In this document: positions 40,499 to 52,860 of the stretch, one piece after another
Numbering within the stretch: position 1 is the stretch's first letter
Layout: each line of letters opens with the position of its first letter
Source: Eledone cirrhosa
Lineage: Eukaryota
Assembly (NCBI GenBank): GCA_964016885.1
Contig: OZ024757.1
Location: forward strand, 25,420,001-25,484,000
Length of the DNA stretch: 64,000 bases
Direction: 5' to 3'
The notes under the pieces: model-generated
What the model saw: the letters and a program-made list of their open reading frames with translations, nothing else
Database searches by the model: none
Told to the model about the DNA's origin: nothing
Made by a program: the position numbers and the translations under genes

Positions 40499-41122
40499 TC
40501 TATATATATAAAACTGAGGATGTCTGTCTGTGTCTGTGTCTGAGTTTGAATCCCTAAAACTCGAGAAGTACCCAACCGATTTTTTTCAAACTTTACATGT
40601 GTATTACTTATGTTTCAGGGAGTGTTAGGCACATAGCAAAATTGAACTTTTTGATCCCATAGAGCCCGCATTAGGTGAAAAACTGTGTTTTTTTCCAGCT
40701 TTTTAGGGGGTTTTTGAGGCATTACGTCAGAACGATCTCCTTGAAATTGTAACTATGTATTCGTCAGTCCCTTCTTCATACCGTGAGCAAAGAAAATCCA
40801 ACTTTTTTTATTGCCTAGGGCCCGCATTAGCTGAAAAACTTCATTTTTGAGGCGTTACATCTAGCCGATTTTCCAGAAATTTCAAAGCATATTATGCACA
40901 TAAAAAAAATTCATTTTCTTGATCCCCTAGGGCCCACATTAGGTGAAAACCTGCATTTTTCCTGCTTCATCGAGGAAAATCTTAAAGATCATCCAGCCAT
41001 CAGAGTATACGGTTTATTTTCTTTACATATTGTCCAGGCATGCAGTTTTTTCACGATTAGGTCTGTTGGCGGCCCGCATTCCAAATTACCTTATCCCGTG
41101 CAACGCCGGGTACCACTGCTAG
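40499..41122 (+). mobile_element. Non-autonomous Helitron
   Basis: 5' TC, 3' hairpin CCCGTGCAACGCCGGG followed by CTAG, inserted at A/T, no TSD. Confidence 0.8.
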
Positions 41123-41329
41123 TAATTCAATAAAAACACAATATTATTTATTCAATGTTAATATCTTTCTTACATTGAAAAAAACCAATAACGAAATTTT
41201 AACCAATAACAAAATTTTATTGTAAGTGATTAATATTTATACAGCAGCTAGAGAATCTAATAAATACATGTATTTATTTTATCAAGGTGTATAAATATAT
41301 AATAATATAATTCATTGAACATCTGGATG

Positions 41330-41595
41330 CTGCGATTAGGACGAGAACCACAGCTTCCGCAGCTGAGCGGAGTAAGACCCTCAAATACTGTGATCTGTCG
41401 GCCAGCTACATTTTTCAGCCTGTGGCTTTCGAGACGTTTGGGGGGAGTCGGGCCGGTGACTGCAAGGTTCCTCTCTTCATTGGTGGCTCGCCTAATAGAG
41501 GTAACTGGCAAATCTTGCGAGGGCGCTTGGTTGTTTCAGCGCATCAGCTTCGCCATCACCTGAGGCAATGCTGCGAGTGTGCTGGCTTGCCTAAA
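41330..41595 (+). mobile_element. Fragment of an RLE-bearing (CRE-like) non-LTR retrotransposon C-terminus
   Basis: AAERSKTLKY..YIFQPVAFETFG / RLIEVTG..WLFQRISFAIT*GNAASV; one frameshift and one stop. Confidence 0.65.
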
Positions 41596-42487
41596 AAATC
41601 ATTGGCTCGGTTGTTCACCCCTTCCTTTACATTTTCTTTAATATTGCAACATTAAAAGAATATATCCTTCTGAGGGAATCGCGAACGATTTATAATGTTA
41701 TCTAAGCATGTGTAATGTTATTTATGTATATATTTAAAACATATTTGTTATGTTATTCTACTATAAATTTATTTATATGCTTTGTATAGTTTTAATACAC
41801 AAACCAATATTGCAGATAATGATAAAGGAATGAGAAAAAGTGTTTGTGTGTGTTAAGGCAATTCACCACCAAGTGCGACAATCGGCCATACCTCACACTT
41901 TAGGGGTTAACTACACACTTTGAGGCAAGCCAACACGCTCGCAGCTACATTAAAACAAACAAACAAAACATTTTATATGACAAAAAAAAAAAGAACATTA
42001 CAATAAATTCCATATTTACGAATGTACACTATACAATTATCCCCCCCCCCCTCTGATAAGAGTTTAAGTCTACCACCATCACCTCCATTATTTGGGATCT
42101 GAGAGTAGCTGGGGAGGGTGGGGATAAATGATAAAGAATAAAGGATAAATATCCCATAACTCCTTGTGGAGTGTCTAGGGCACTTTTATTTTAAACCTGG
42201 TGGAGCCCAACCCTCTCCAGGTCTGAACACAGCTGATTTTTTCTATAGAGGAAGAATCGACCCCAGTACTGGACTGGTACTTTTTTCATCCACCTCAAAA
42301 GAATGAAAGGTAAAGTTGACCCCGGCAGGATTTGAACTCAGAGCGCACAATGAGGTGGGACAAGTACCGTAAATCATTCTATCCGACGTCTTAACGACTC
42401 TACCAGTTCGCCCCCTATAAACAATGAAGGTAGCTTTTTAATATCTAGCCATATTTTCTTTTCTTTTTTTCCTTTTTTGCTATTTAG

Positions 42488-42675
42488 GCAGCCTGGTCTT
42501 TGAAGACCCGGGCCCTTACAGAGCAGGTTTATATTGATGATGCAGATATGGAAGAGGAAACTATCGCTGAAGGTATTCTAGATGAAAACGCTCTCGCTCA
42601 GAATGTCCGCCCTGGCACTTCTTTACAGACAAATTTATTGGAATGCAAGCCAGATGGAATAAGTCCTGCCATCAG
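42488..42675 (+). CDS. TTC8: TTC8 exon 2 (AAWSLKTRALTEQVYIDD...RPGTSL...PAI)
   Basis: TTTAG acceptor; phase 0->2. Confidence 0.93.
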
Positions 42676-42699
42676 GTGTGTTTTGTGTTTTATTCTTTC

Positions 42700-43560
42700 T
42701 TGGCAGTATCGGTAGAGGGTCGGACGCCATGCTTTCCAGCATAGTTACGTCCCTTTACGATCTGAGTTCAAATCCCGCCGAGGTTGACTTTGCCTTTCAT
42801 CCTTACGGGGTCGATAAAATAAAGTACCAGTAATGAACTGGTGATTGCTGGCCTTGTGCCTAAAGTAGAAACAATTATTATTATAAAGGCGGTGGATTGG
42901 CAGTATCGGTAGAGGGTCGGACGCCATGCTTTGCAGCATAGGGTTACAGCCCATTACGGTCTGAGTTCAAATCCCGCCGAGGTTAACTTTGCCTTTTATC
43001 CTTACAGGGTCGATAAAATAAAGTACCAGTAATATACTGGGATAATTGCTGGCCTTGTGCCAAAAGTAGAAACTCTATTATCCAGCATAGTTACGACCTT
43101 TTCCATTCTGAGTTCAAATCTCGTTGAAGTTAACTTTGCCTTTCATCCTTACGGGGTCAATAAAATAAAGTACCAGTAATGTACTGTGTAATTGCTGGCC
43201 TTGTGCCAAAAGTAGAAACAATTATTATTATTATTAGTAATAATTGTTTCTACTTTTGGCACAAGGCCAGCAATTTGAAAGGGGTGGGGAAAGTCAATTA
43301 AATCGACGCCAGTGCATTACTGGTACTTTATTTTATCAACCCCATAAGGATGAAAAGCAAAGAGCCTAACCTCAGCAGGATTTGAACTCAGAACGTAAAG
43401 GGCCATAACTCTCTGCTGCAAAGCATGGTGTCTGACGCTCTACCAATTACTGCTAATACACCACTTTAATAATAATAATAATGGTTTCTGATTTAGGCAC
43501 AATACCAGCAAATTTTTTGGCGGGTGGGTGAGGGGGGAAAGTCGATTAAATAGACCCCAG
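42700..43560. mobile_element. Cluster of tRNA-derived SINE family B copies (tandem, then inverted)
   Basis: GAGTTCAAATCCCGCCGAGG...GCCTTTCATCCTTACGGGGTCGATAAAATAAAGTACCAG with (ATT)n tail; also at 5.8k, 23.5k, 40.2k, 59.8k and 60.8k. Confidence 0.8.
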
Positions 43561-43693
43561 TGCATTGAATAAGAGGAAAAGAGTATGAATGTTTCAGATA
43601 CTAGTCCTTCATCAGAAGATAGGATGAGAAATAAAAGATGAAATGGAAAGTGTGAGGAAGAAGGAATGCATTAAAAAATGAGAAAAAAATACA

Positions 43694-44138
43694 AGAGAGA
43701 GAGAGACAGAGTATGAGAGAGGGAGAGAGAGACAGAGTGTGTAAGAGAGAGACAGAGTGTGAGAGAGAGAGAGAGACAGAGTGTGTAAGAGAGAGAGAGA
43801 GAGACAGAGTGTGTGTAAGAGAGAGAGAGAAAGACAGAGTGCGAGAGAGAGAGAGAGACAGAGTGTGTGTAAGAGAGAGAGAGAAAGACAGAGTGTGAGA
43901 GAGAGAGAGAGAGAGAGAGACAGAGTGTGTGTAAGAGAGAGAGAGAAAGACAGAGTGCGAGAGAGAGAGAGAGACAGAGTGTGTGTAAGAGAGAGAGAGA
44001 GAGACAGAGTGTGAGAGAGAGAGAGAGAGAGAGAGACAGAGTGTGTGTAAGAGAGAGAGAGAAAGACAGAGTGCGAGAGAGAGAGAGAGACAGAGTGTGT
44101 GTAAGAGAGAAAGAGAAAGACAGAGTGCGAGAGAGAGA
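43694..44138. repeat. (GA)n/GT compound minisatellite
   Basis: seen directly. Confidence 0.92.
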
Positions 44139-44192
44139 TTGTTAATTAATTGTGTTTTATTTGAATGTTTTTTTTTTCTGTGTATTTGACAG

Positions 44193-44352
44193 ACCGGTGA
44201 CACAATCCGGTCGTCCGGTGACAGGTTTCATACGTCCAGGAACTCAGTCCAGTCGTCCAAATACCATGGAGACAGCACTTCAGACTGCCCGCACTGCACA
44301 CACGGCTCGTCCTGTCAGCTCAACTTCCGCTAGATATGTCCGACTAGGAACA
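44193..44352 (+). CDS. TTC8: TTC8 exon 3 (PVTQSGRPVTGFIRPGTQ...RYVRLGT)
   Basis: GTAAGG donor; phase 2->0. Confidence 0.94.
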
Positions 44353-45209
44353 GTAAGGAGATTTTGTCTTTTTAAAGTTTTTCATTTCATTTCATTTTCA
44401 TTTCATTTCATTTTTCATTTCATTTTTTATTTTTCATTTCATTTTTTATTTTTCATTTCATTTTTCATTTCATTTCATGTTTCATTTCATGTTTCATTTC
44501 ATTTCATTTTTCATACCAATGTTCAGGTATTGTTCTCAAAATAAATAATATCAAAATCTCATATTTTGTGAGATATTATGTGAGATAATTATGTGAGGTA
44601 AAGCTTTTACTGTGAAAATACAATAGTAAATATAGAGTAATGTAAATGCTAAAGGGTTAACCCTTTACCATTCAAACCGGCCATATTCGGCCAGAATTCC
44701 CTCACCTCTTTCTGTTCAAACTGGCTGTAACTGACCAGTCATACTGATGTTGAGGTATTGTTCTCAAAATAAATAATATCAAAATCTCATAGATTCGATA
44801 TTATGTGAGATAATTATGTGACGGAAAGCCTTTACCATGAAAATATAATAGTATATATAGAGTAATGTAAATAGTATGTGAGATAATTATGTGAGGGAAA
44901 GCCTTTACCATGAAAATATAATAGTATATATAGAGTAATATAAATAGTATGTGAGATAATTATGTGAGGGAAAGTCTTTACCATGAACATATAATAGTAT
45001 ATATAGAGTAATGTAAATAGTATGTGAGGGAAAGCCTTTACCATGAAAATATAATAGTATATATAGAGTAATGTAAATAGTATGTGAGATATTATGTGAA
45101 ATAATTTTGTGAGGTAAATCCTTTACCGTGAAAATATAATAGTAAATATAGAGTAATGTAAATGCTAAAGGGTTAAAATTAAGTATCTTTTTGTGTTCTT
45201 TTGTGACAG

Positions 45210-45344
45210 GCATCTATGGTTTCTTCTCCTGGTGGTGCTTTCATCAATTTGGCACGTTTGAATTTAAATAAGTACTCACTTCGTCCAGAGCTGTCCAAGT
45301 CTCTCTTTGAATATATTTTCTACCACGAGAATGACATCCGAACA
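45210..45344 (+). CDS. TTC8: TTC8 exon 4 (ASMVSSPGGAFINLARLNL...LFEYIFYHENDIRT)
   Basis: conserved BBS8 segment; GTAAGA donor. Confidence 0.94.
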
Positions 45345-46007
45345 GTAAGAAACTAACTCCCTGTTTTTTTATTTTTACTTTTTTATTTTATTTTTATACT
45401 AATTAACCCATACAAGCATGGAAATCATCATCATTGTCATCATCATCATCATCGTCATTACTGTTTAATCCTTTAGCATTTACATTACTCTATATTTACT
45501 ATTGTATTTTTACGGTAAAGGCTTTACCTTATATAATTATCTCACATAATATCGAACCTATGAGATTTTGATATTATTTATTTCGAGAAAAATACCTTCA
45601 TTTCTTCATGAGTGGCCAGTTACAGCCAGTTTGGACAGAAAGAGGTGAGAGATTTCTGGCCAGTTTAAATGCTAAAGAGTTAATGTCCATTTTTCCGTGC
45701 TAGCATGGTTTAGATGAGTTGTCACATTGTGAGTGAAGTCAGATCAGATGACCGCAGTAGAAGGTGACCAAGAAAGACCTTGGAAGAGGAGATGATGAAG
45801 GAACGCGATGTGTGGAGAGATGCTGTGCTGAGAAGGACCCATCCAATCTAAGCAAGCAAGGAAAAGCAGATGTAAAAACCACGACGACATGATGATGATG
45901 ATGGTGGTGAGGAAGATTAGCATCAGGAAGAACATCCAGCTTTATAAAAAAAAAAACTGCCTCAAAAACGTCTTGTCTGACCCATGCCAATGGTATACCA
46001 GTGTTAA

Positions 46008-46560
46008 TAATAGTAATAATAATGAAAATTATTGTGTACAGTGCTCAGGTGCACTACAATTCATCATAGGTGCATGTATAGTACTTAGAATAATGTACAA
46101 ATGTCAGGAAAGTGAACAGTGTATGAGTCATGATATACACACAGATACATGCGGGCGTGTGTATGGAGGGGAAATATCAGGTGTAGTGTTGGCGAATTTC
46201 AGGAAGTTTTGAAGGATGCAGTGTCCAAACAGCTAACAACTGATGCAGGTAGTTTGGTCCATGCTTCAACAACTCTGAGCGTGAAAAATCTTTTCCGAAG
46301 ATCATGGGGGCTGTGCTGTTTTCTGACTTTGTAGGCATGTCCATGTGTGTTAGACACATGGAATTCAAAAAGGTGCTCAAAGTTGTTGTTGGCAAGATGG
46401 TTAATAATTTTGTGGGTGTCTACCAAGTCAGTTGCCAGACAGTCGGAGCTTTACTGTTTTCTGATTTTGTAAGCATGTTCATGTGTGTTAGACATGTAGA
46501 ATTGAAAAAGTTGCTCAGGGTTGTTGTTGGACAGATGGTTAATAATCTTGTGAGTGTCTC
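46008..46560 (-). mobile_element. CR1 3' fragment, partly duplicated
   Basis: homologous to 55050-55620. Confidence 0.8.
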
Positions 46561-46561
46561 A

Positions 46562-46930
46562 TCATCATCATCATCATCCTTCAACTCCTCTGTGGGCAGT
46601 CAGAACTCCCTTTGCAATCCCTTTCCACACTGTTCGGTCCTGCATTGTTGTCCCCAGATCCCTTATGTCTAACCTTGAGTCCCGAGCTATGGTGTCTGGG
46701 AAAGTCAGTTTTCGTGAATAGACACATCCAGAGCGATGCCACAAAAGGAGAGATGAAATGATTTCTTTGTTGGCTTGATGACAGTGACCAGCAAACTGTA
46801 GTCATTTTTTGCCTGAGTCTGAGGGATATTGGAATCAAATCTCCGTAGATGGTTTCAAGTGTTGTGTGTGATCTCCAGCTTAAGTTTTTGATTCTGAGCA
46901 GATTTGTATATGCTCCATCCATCCAGCCGT
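46562..46930 (-). mobile_element. RTE-like LINE 3' fragment nested in the CR1 fragment
   Basis: MDGAYTNLLR..NLSWRSH..IYG; (GAT)n tail; cttgtgagtgtct appears on both sides. Confidence 0.65.
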
Positions 46931-47295
46931 CTTGTGAGTGTCTACCAAGTCAGTTGCCAGACGTCGGAGCTTTAACCCTTTAGCATTTAAACCAGCCATA
47001 TCCGGCCAGAATTCTCTCACCTGTTGCTGTTCAAACTAGCCATAACTGGCCATTCATACTTATATTAAGGTATTGTTCTCAAAATAAATAACATCAAAAT
47101 CTTGTAGATTCAATTATATGAGATAATTATGTAAGATAAAGACTTCACCACAAAAATACAATAGTAAATATAGAATATTGTAAATGCTAAAGGGTTAATG
47201 TATCTATGCCCAGGGAAGCAAGGCATTCAAAGTATGGTAGATGTTTTTTTTTTGTTGTTTTTTTTTGCCTTATCTTATCTATGATTCTTTGACAG

Positions 47296-47580
47296 GCTTC
47301 AAGATTTGCAAACATGGCTTTAAAGAGCCACAAAGACCAAGCTTGGTGGTGGCAGTTCCATTATGCCAAATGTTGCTACAGAATGAGCCTGTATCGTGAT
47401 GCTGAGGTTTACCTGAAGCAGGCCTTGAGTGAACAGGAGACGGTGGCTCTCTATCACTACATCAGTAAAGTTTACATCAAGCTTGACCAACCTCTCAATG
47501 CCATTGGCATGTACAAAACCGGATTAAACAGGTTTGCAGGGGAGGTAACTCTGCTGGTCGGCATTGCCAGGATTTATGAA
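47296..47580 (+). CDS. TTC8: TTC8 exon 5 (ASRFANMA...WWWQ...KLDQPL...GIARIYE)
   Basis: TPR repeats; GTAAGT donor. Confidence 0.94.
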
Positions 47581-48202
47581 GTAAGTTTCGTATTTTTTTA
47601 AATGATTTAACTTTGTTTAGTGGTTTCTTTTTTTGGGGGTTTTTTTTTTTTCTTTCCCCCAACTTGAAATGAAGGAAGGGGAAAGTAAAATGTAAAATAA
47701 CGGGCCTCGGGCTTTTGATGGAATCGTATGGGCGCCATCTTGACATTTAAATCAATGTCTGATGACTTCCAGAGAGAAGGAGAGAAAGGGAGTGATAGAG
47801 AGAGAGAGAGAAAGGGAGTGAAAGAGAGAGGATAATATATTAGCATGTTCTTTTTCCTTGTTGTTATTCTCTTTCTTCTTCTCCTCCTTCTGGATCTTCA
47901 TTGCTATCATCATCAACTGAACTCCTCTCATCCTCCACTTTTTCTTTTCCTTCTTCTCTCCTCCTCCTCCTCCTCCTTCAATTCCCCTCCTCCTTCAGTT
48001 CTTCTCCTTCTCTCCTTCCTCTCCCTCCACATTCTCCTTCAGTTCTTCTCCTCCACCTCCTCCTTCAGTTCTTCTTCCTCCTACTACTTTTCTCCTTCTC
48101 CCCTTCAGTTCTTCTCCTCCTCCTTCAGTTCTTCTTCATCAATTTTTCTCCTACTACTACTCCTCCACCTTCATCTACCACCATCTTCCCCTCCATTGCC
48201 AG

Positions 48203-48342
48203 AGTCTGAACCAGCTGGAGGAGTCTGTCAGCTACTACCGTAAGGTGCTGGAGCTGGACAGCATGCAGGTGGAGGCCATCGCATGTATTGCTACCAACCA
48301 CTTCTACAACGACCAGCCTGAGGTAGCCCTCAAGTACTTCAG
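48203..48342 (+). CDS. TTC8: TTC8 exon 6 (SLNQLEESVSYYRKVL...VEAIACIATNHFYNDQPEVALKYF)
   Basis: conserved segment; phase 0->2. Confidence 0.94.
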
Positions 48343-48709
48343 GTAAGGCAGAGTGGGGGGGGGGGGCATGGGGGGAAGTAGGGAGAGAGAGAGGTGAACA
48401 GAGAGAGTAAGTGAGTAGGGAGAGAAAGAGTGAGTAGCAAGAGTAGGGAGAGAGGAAGAGATGAACAGAGATAGAGAGAGGAAGAGACGAACAGAGAGAG
48501 AGTGAGAATGAGCGGGAGCTTGGAATAGCAGAGAGTGAGAAAGAGAGGTGGACTGGGAAAGAGAGAGAGAGAGGGGTAGTAGGGAGAGAAAGAGGGAGAA
48601 GCAGAAAGAGAGAAAGGGGTAGTAGAGAGAGTGGGCTTAAAATAGCAGAGAGAGAGAGAGAGAGACATAATGCCCACATCTAAGGAAACAATTCCTTTCT
48701 CACCTGCAG

Positions 48710-48884
48710 GCGACTCCTTCAGATGGGTGTGTACAAGTCGGAGCTGTTCTGTAACATGGGCCTGTGTTGTTTCTATGCCCAGCAGTTTGACATGGTGATG
48801 GTATGCTTCACTAAAGCCCTCGCTTTGGCTGACGACAATCTCGTTCTCGCAGATGTTTGGTATAATGTCGGACATGTAGCAATA
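48710..48884 (+). CDS. TTC8: TTC8 exon 7 (RLLQMGVYKSELFCNMGLCCFYAQQFD...VWYNVGHVAI)
   Basis: conserved segment; phase 2->0. Confidence 0.95.
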
Positions 48885-49074
48885 GTAAGTTGGACGTTTC
48901 TAATCTATTCTTCTCTCTTGGCCTTTTTCTTCTTTTTTCTATTTGTTATTTGCAATGTTTATTTTTTCCTGATGATTTTTGTAACCTCCCGATTGCAAGC
49001 TCAATGCCCTAACCACTAAGCCATGTGCCTTCACACACACGCACAAAATAGGAAAGGTTTCTAAGTGTGTGTGT

Positions 49075-50357
49075 ATCATCATCATCATCATTTTACGTCC
49101 GCTTTTCCCTGCTTGCAAGGGTGGGACGGGTCTTATTCAGCACATCATCTCTCCACTCGTCATCTCCACCATGAGCTTCAATGATCTGAGGTCTGTTCTC
49201 ACCACCTCCGCCCATGTTTTTCGTGGTCTACCTCTACCGCGTCTTCCTTCAACTGGCATTTCCTGGCACTTCTTCATCCATCGGTCATCCTCCATGCGCA
49301 TCACATGTCCATACCACCTCAGTCTCCTCTCCCGTACACTACATTCTATCCCTCTCAGACACAGTTTCTCTCTCAACACATTTATGCTGGGTCGTTCACG
49401 CACATTTACACTGCATATCCAACGGAGCATGCTTGCCTCATTTCTCTCCAGCCGTCGCATATCCTCTGCAGTTGCTGCCTATGTCTCACTACCATGCAGC
49501 ATCGCGCTCCTCACACAGGCATCATACAACCAGCCTTTCGTACGCAGGGAGAAACCCTTCTTCGTCAGTAGAGGAAGCAGCTCCCTAAACTTCTTCCAAC
49601 CCGTCCTTATTCTAGAAACTATGGCCTCGGAACACCCTTCCTCCCATGCTAATCTGATCTCCTAGGTACCAGAAGCTATCCACCACTTCTATAGCGCCCT
49701 CCTGCATTTGAAAAATGTGTCTATCAATGCAACTTCTACTGTCTAATTTCCCTGTACATCTACTGCATACATATTTCTCCCTACCTGTTAGTTTGCCTGC
49801 TATCCCGCTACATCTCTTGTGTACCCAGGATCTGCATTGTGTGCATTTTATAGAATTTATGCCAGTTCCTTTTCTGCATATCGTACATGGCCATTTCCCT
49901 GACGGAATCAGAGTTTTGTCCTCTTTTCTACTCATCAACACTTTTGTCTTAGCGAGGTTCACTCTCAGTCCTCTTGCTTCCAACTGCTGTTTCCATAGCC
50001 AGAATTTATTCTCTAGCTCCTCTACTGATTCTGCTATAAGAACCAGATCATCAGCATAGAGAAGTTCCCATGGACAGCCAGTCTTAAACTCCTCTTGGAG
50101 GACTATAATGAACAAGAGCGGGCTGAGGACCGAACCTTGATGTACTCCTACTTGTATCTGGAATTCCTCACTAAACTCCATTCCTACCCTGACTTTACTG
50201 AGAGTACTTCTGTACAAAGTTTGCACTGTCCTCACAAGCCATTCCTCAACACCTAGCTTCCTTAGGGACCACCAGATGACAGATCGGGGTACCCTATCAA
50301 AGGCCTTCTCTAGGTCAACAAAGGCTAAGTATAGTGGCTTATTTTGGCTTATTTTTT
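49075..50357 (-). mobile_element. 5'-truncated RTE-clade LINE (RT, Cys-rich finger, 3' end with (GAT)n tail)
   Basis: AFVDLEKAFDRV, GVHQGSVLSP, LLYADDL, RLRWYGHV...GRGRPRKTW; frameshifted. Confidence 0.9.
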
Positions 50358-50677
50358 GTATGTATGTATATATTTTTTTATTGACAGTCGATCGACTTTC
50401 GTCGAATTGGACCAAGGAAACAATGTTTCCATTGGTCTTTCCAATTGTTAGTACTATCTATCGGTCACAACTCCAGGTAGAAGGAGCAACGGGAAATAAA
50501 GTGTCTTGCTCAAGGACATAACGCATCACCCTGTCCAGGAATCGAACTCACAACCTCACGATTGAGAATCAAATTCTCTAACCACTGTGTGTGTATATAT
50601 ATGTGTGTGTTTGTGACCAGTATATATAGGTCACAGACACCCACACACATATATATATATATATACACACACGCACG

Positions 50678-50710
<33 letters not shown>

Positions 50711-51154
50711 GGGCCTTCTAATTTCATTTTACATTATATACATGTCTGTATATATTTTAATTATTTAAAAAAATATTTTTAAGTGAATGTGACCCAATGG
50801 AATCACAGGTGGTCCAGTATATATACAGATATTTCCACTTAACTTTTACTTCAGTGCTATTTTTCATTCCTATATGCTTTCCCCTTCACTGTGACCTGTC
50901 TTTTTCTCTTCCCTTACTGCTATCCTCTTTCTTTCTCCCCCTTCTCTCTCCTCCCTCTTACTTTCATTCACCCCCTCTGCTAGTCACCCTCTCTCGGCTA
51001 GCCTCTTCCTCACACTTTCACTCACTCTCTGCTACTTTAATGTCTGTTTACATATATATATATATATCATGATTTAATGTTTATTTTCCATTCTTACATG
51101 AATGTGTCTACCATGGCACCAGTATTAAAATTAGTTCAACTGTTGTTGTTGTAG

Positions 51155-51277
51155 GGAATTGGAGACCTTGATCTGGCCCACCAGTGCTTCAGAATGGCCC
51201 TGTCCAATAACAACGACCATGCTGAGGCCTACAACAACTTTGGGGTTATTGAATTGAAAAGGGGACACTTAGAAATG
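51155..51277 (+). CDS. TTC8: TTC8 exon 8 (GIGDLDLAHQCFRMAL...HAEAYNNFGVIELKRGHLEM)
   Basis: TPR; GTAAGG donor. Confidence 0.94.
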
Positions 51278-51453
51278 GTAAGGAAAACAGTCTAACATTC
51301 AATAGCCCTTATTGTTGTTGTTGTTGTTTTGTTTTATTTAATCTTGCTCTATTTTTTTAACAGTAAAAAATGTGTTATTCTCCTTCTTTCTTTCTTTTCT
51401 TCCTTCCTTCTTCCTTCCTTTCTTTTCTTCCTTCTTTCTTTCCTTCCTTTTAT

Positions 51454-51533
51454 ATATGTCAAACAAGGTCATTGTATCAATTCTGCCATTGCTCTGGCTC
51501 CTCACATGTCCGAACCATACTATAACTATGCTG
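51454..51533 (+). pseudogene. Degenerate tandem duplicate of TTC8 exon 9 (pseudo-exon)
   Basis: Aligns to 51611-51689; acceptor TAG changed to CAA; 1-nt insertion. Confidence 0.85.
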
Positions 51534-51619
51534 TGGCAGGGCAGACGTTTTACATGATAGGTACACCAGCTTCAATACAATAACTTCTTTTTCTCTTTCC
51601 TTTGTTATTTATATGTTAG

Positions 51620-51703
51620 GCAAGGTCATTGTATCAGTCTGCCTTTGTTTTGGCTCCCCACATGTTCGAACCACACTACAACTATGCTGCACTCAACGAG
51701 AAG
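51620..51703 (+). CDS. TTC8: TTC8 exon 9 (ARSLYQSAFVLAPHMFEPHYNYAALNEK)
   Basis: TTAG acceptor; 84 nt; phase 0->0. Confidence 0.92.
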
Positions 51704-52332
51704 GTATTTATTATATTTGTATGACTCTCTTAAATATCACGTGACTAATACATCTATCTATCTGTTTGTCTGTCTATCTATCTATCTATCTATCTGTCTA
51801 TCTATCAATCTATCTATCTAACTATTTGTCTATCTATTTATCTGTCCCTCTATCTATCTATCTATCATCATCATCATTTAACATCTATGTTCCACGCTAT
51901 CATGGTAAGATTGGTCGGGTGACTGTGTCTCGCTCGTATAGGACTATCTGGCAGGTTTTCTATGGTTGGATGACCTTCCTAACACCAACCACATTTACAG
52001 TGTGTACTGGGAGCTTTTTACTGTGTTACCTACTCGACCACATTACAGCGTGGACTGTGTTTTTTTGTTTTTTCTCTTTTTCTCTTTCTCTCTTTTTTCT
52101 TTCTTTCTCTTTTCCCTTCTTTTTTCTCCCTGTCTATCCATCCATGCTTTTGTCTTTCTTTCTCTCTCTCATCATCATCATCACCATCATCTAGCAGGTT
52201 GAATAAACAAGTATTTTATCTATTAATTCCTCAATGTATTTTATCTATTAATTCCTCTTATTGTGGTCCTATACATCCAACACCTTTAATAGCAGTTTCG
52301 ATCAACATCGTTTCTCTTCTTCTCTCAAACAG

Positions 52333-52449
52333 CTGGGTGATCTGCAAGGTAGTTACAATGCTGTACAGAAGGCACTGAAGGCCTTCCCACAACACACAGA
52401 GTCGAAGGAACTGTTACAGCAGCTGTGTCAACACTTCTCACTTCTTTGA
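52333..52449 (+). CDS. TTC8: TTC8 exon 10, terminal (LGDLQGSY...FPQHTESKELLQQLCQHFSLL*)
   Basis: conserved BBS8 C-terminus; TGA. Confidence 0.93.
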   Translation: MGDLQGSYNAVQKALKAFPQHTESKELLQQLCQHFSLL

Positions 52450-52724
52450 TGATTTATATGCAGCAATAGCAACGCGAGCAGCAGCAGTAGCAACAACAAC
52501 AACAACAGCACCAGTAACCACATGAGCGGCAACAACAACTGTAACAATACGAGTAACAATAGTGACATCAACGTTAGTAGCAACACGAGCAGCAGCAGCA
52601 GTAGTAACAACACCAGTAGCAACGGCAGCAGCAGCAACAACAACAACGAGAGCAGCCCCAGATGTATCAATAGTAGCAATTCAAATGTGCCATGCTGTAT
52701 CTTCCTAAGAACTACATTAAGAAT

Positions 52725-52783
<59 letters not shown>

Positions 52784-52860
52784 TATGTAGAGGAAAGAAG
52801 AGTGCTCTATGTATTGTACAAAGCTATTTAATTATATAATAAACAACACAATATTTAGAT

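Larger units (their letters stand above)
39610..52449 (+). other. TTC8: TTC8/BBS8 gene span (10 coding exons, 1527 nt CDS, 508 aa, BBSome TPR subunit)
   Basis: Phase-consistent splicing. Motifs FRRRKF...LEKTPYD, RPGTSL, RPVTQSGRPVTGF, RLLQMG...GLCCFYAQQ and HMFEPHYN match BBS8 as recalled. Confidence 0.95.

Noticed and set aside
52522-52839. Ser/Asn-rich ORF after TTC8
   Set aside because: (CAG/CAA/AAC) low-complexity 3' UTR sequence.
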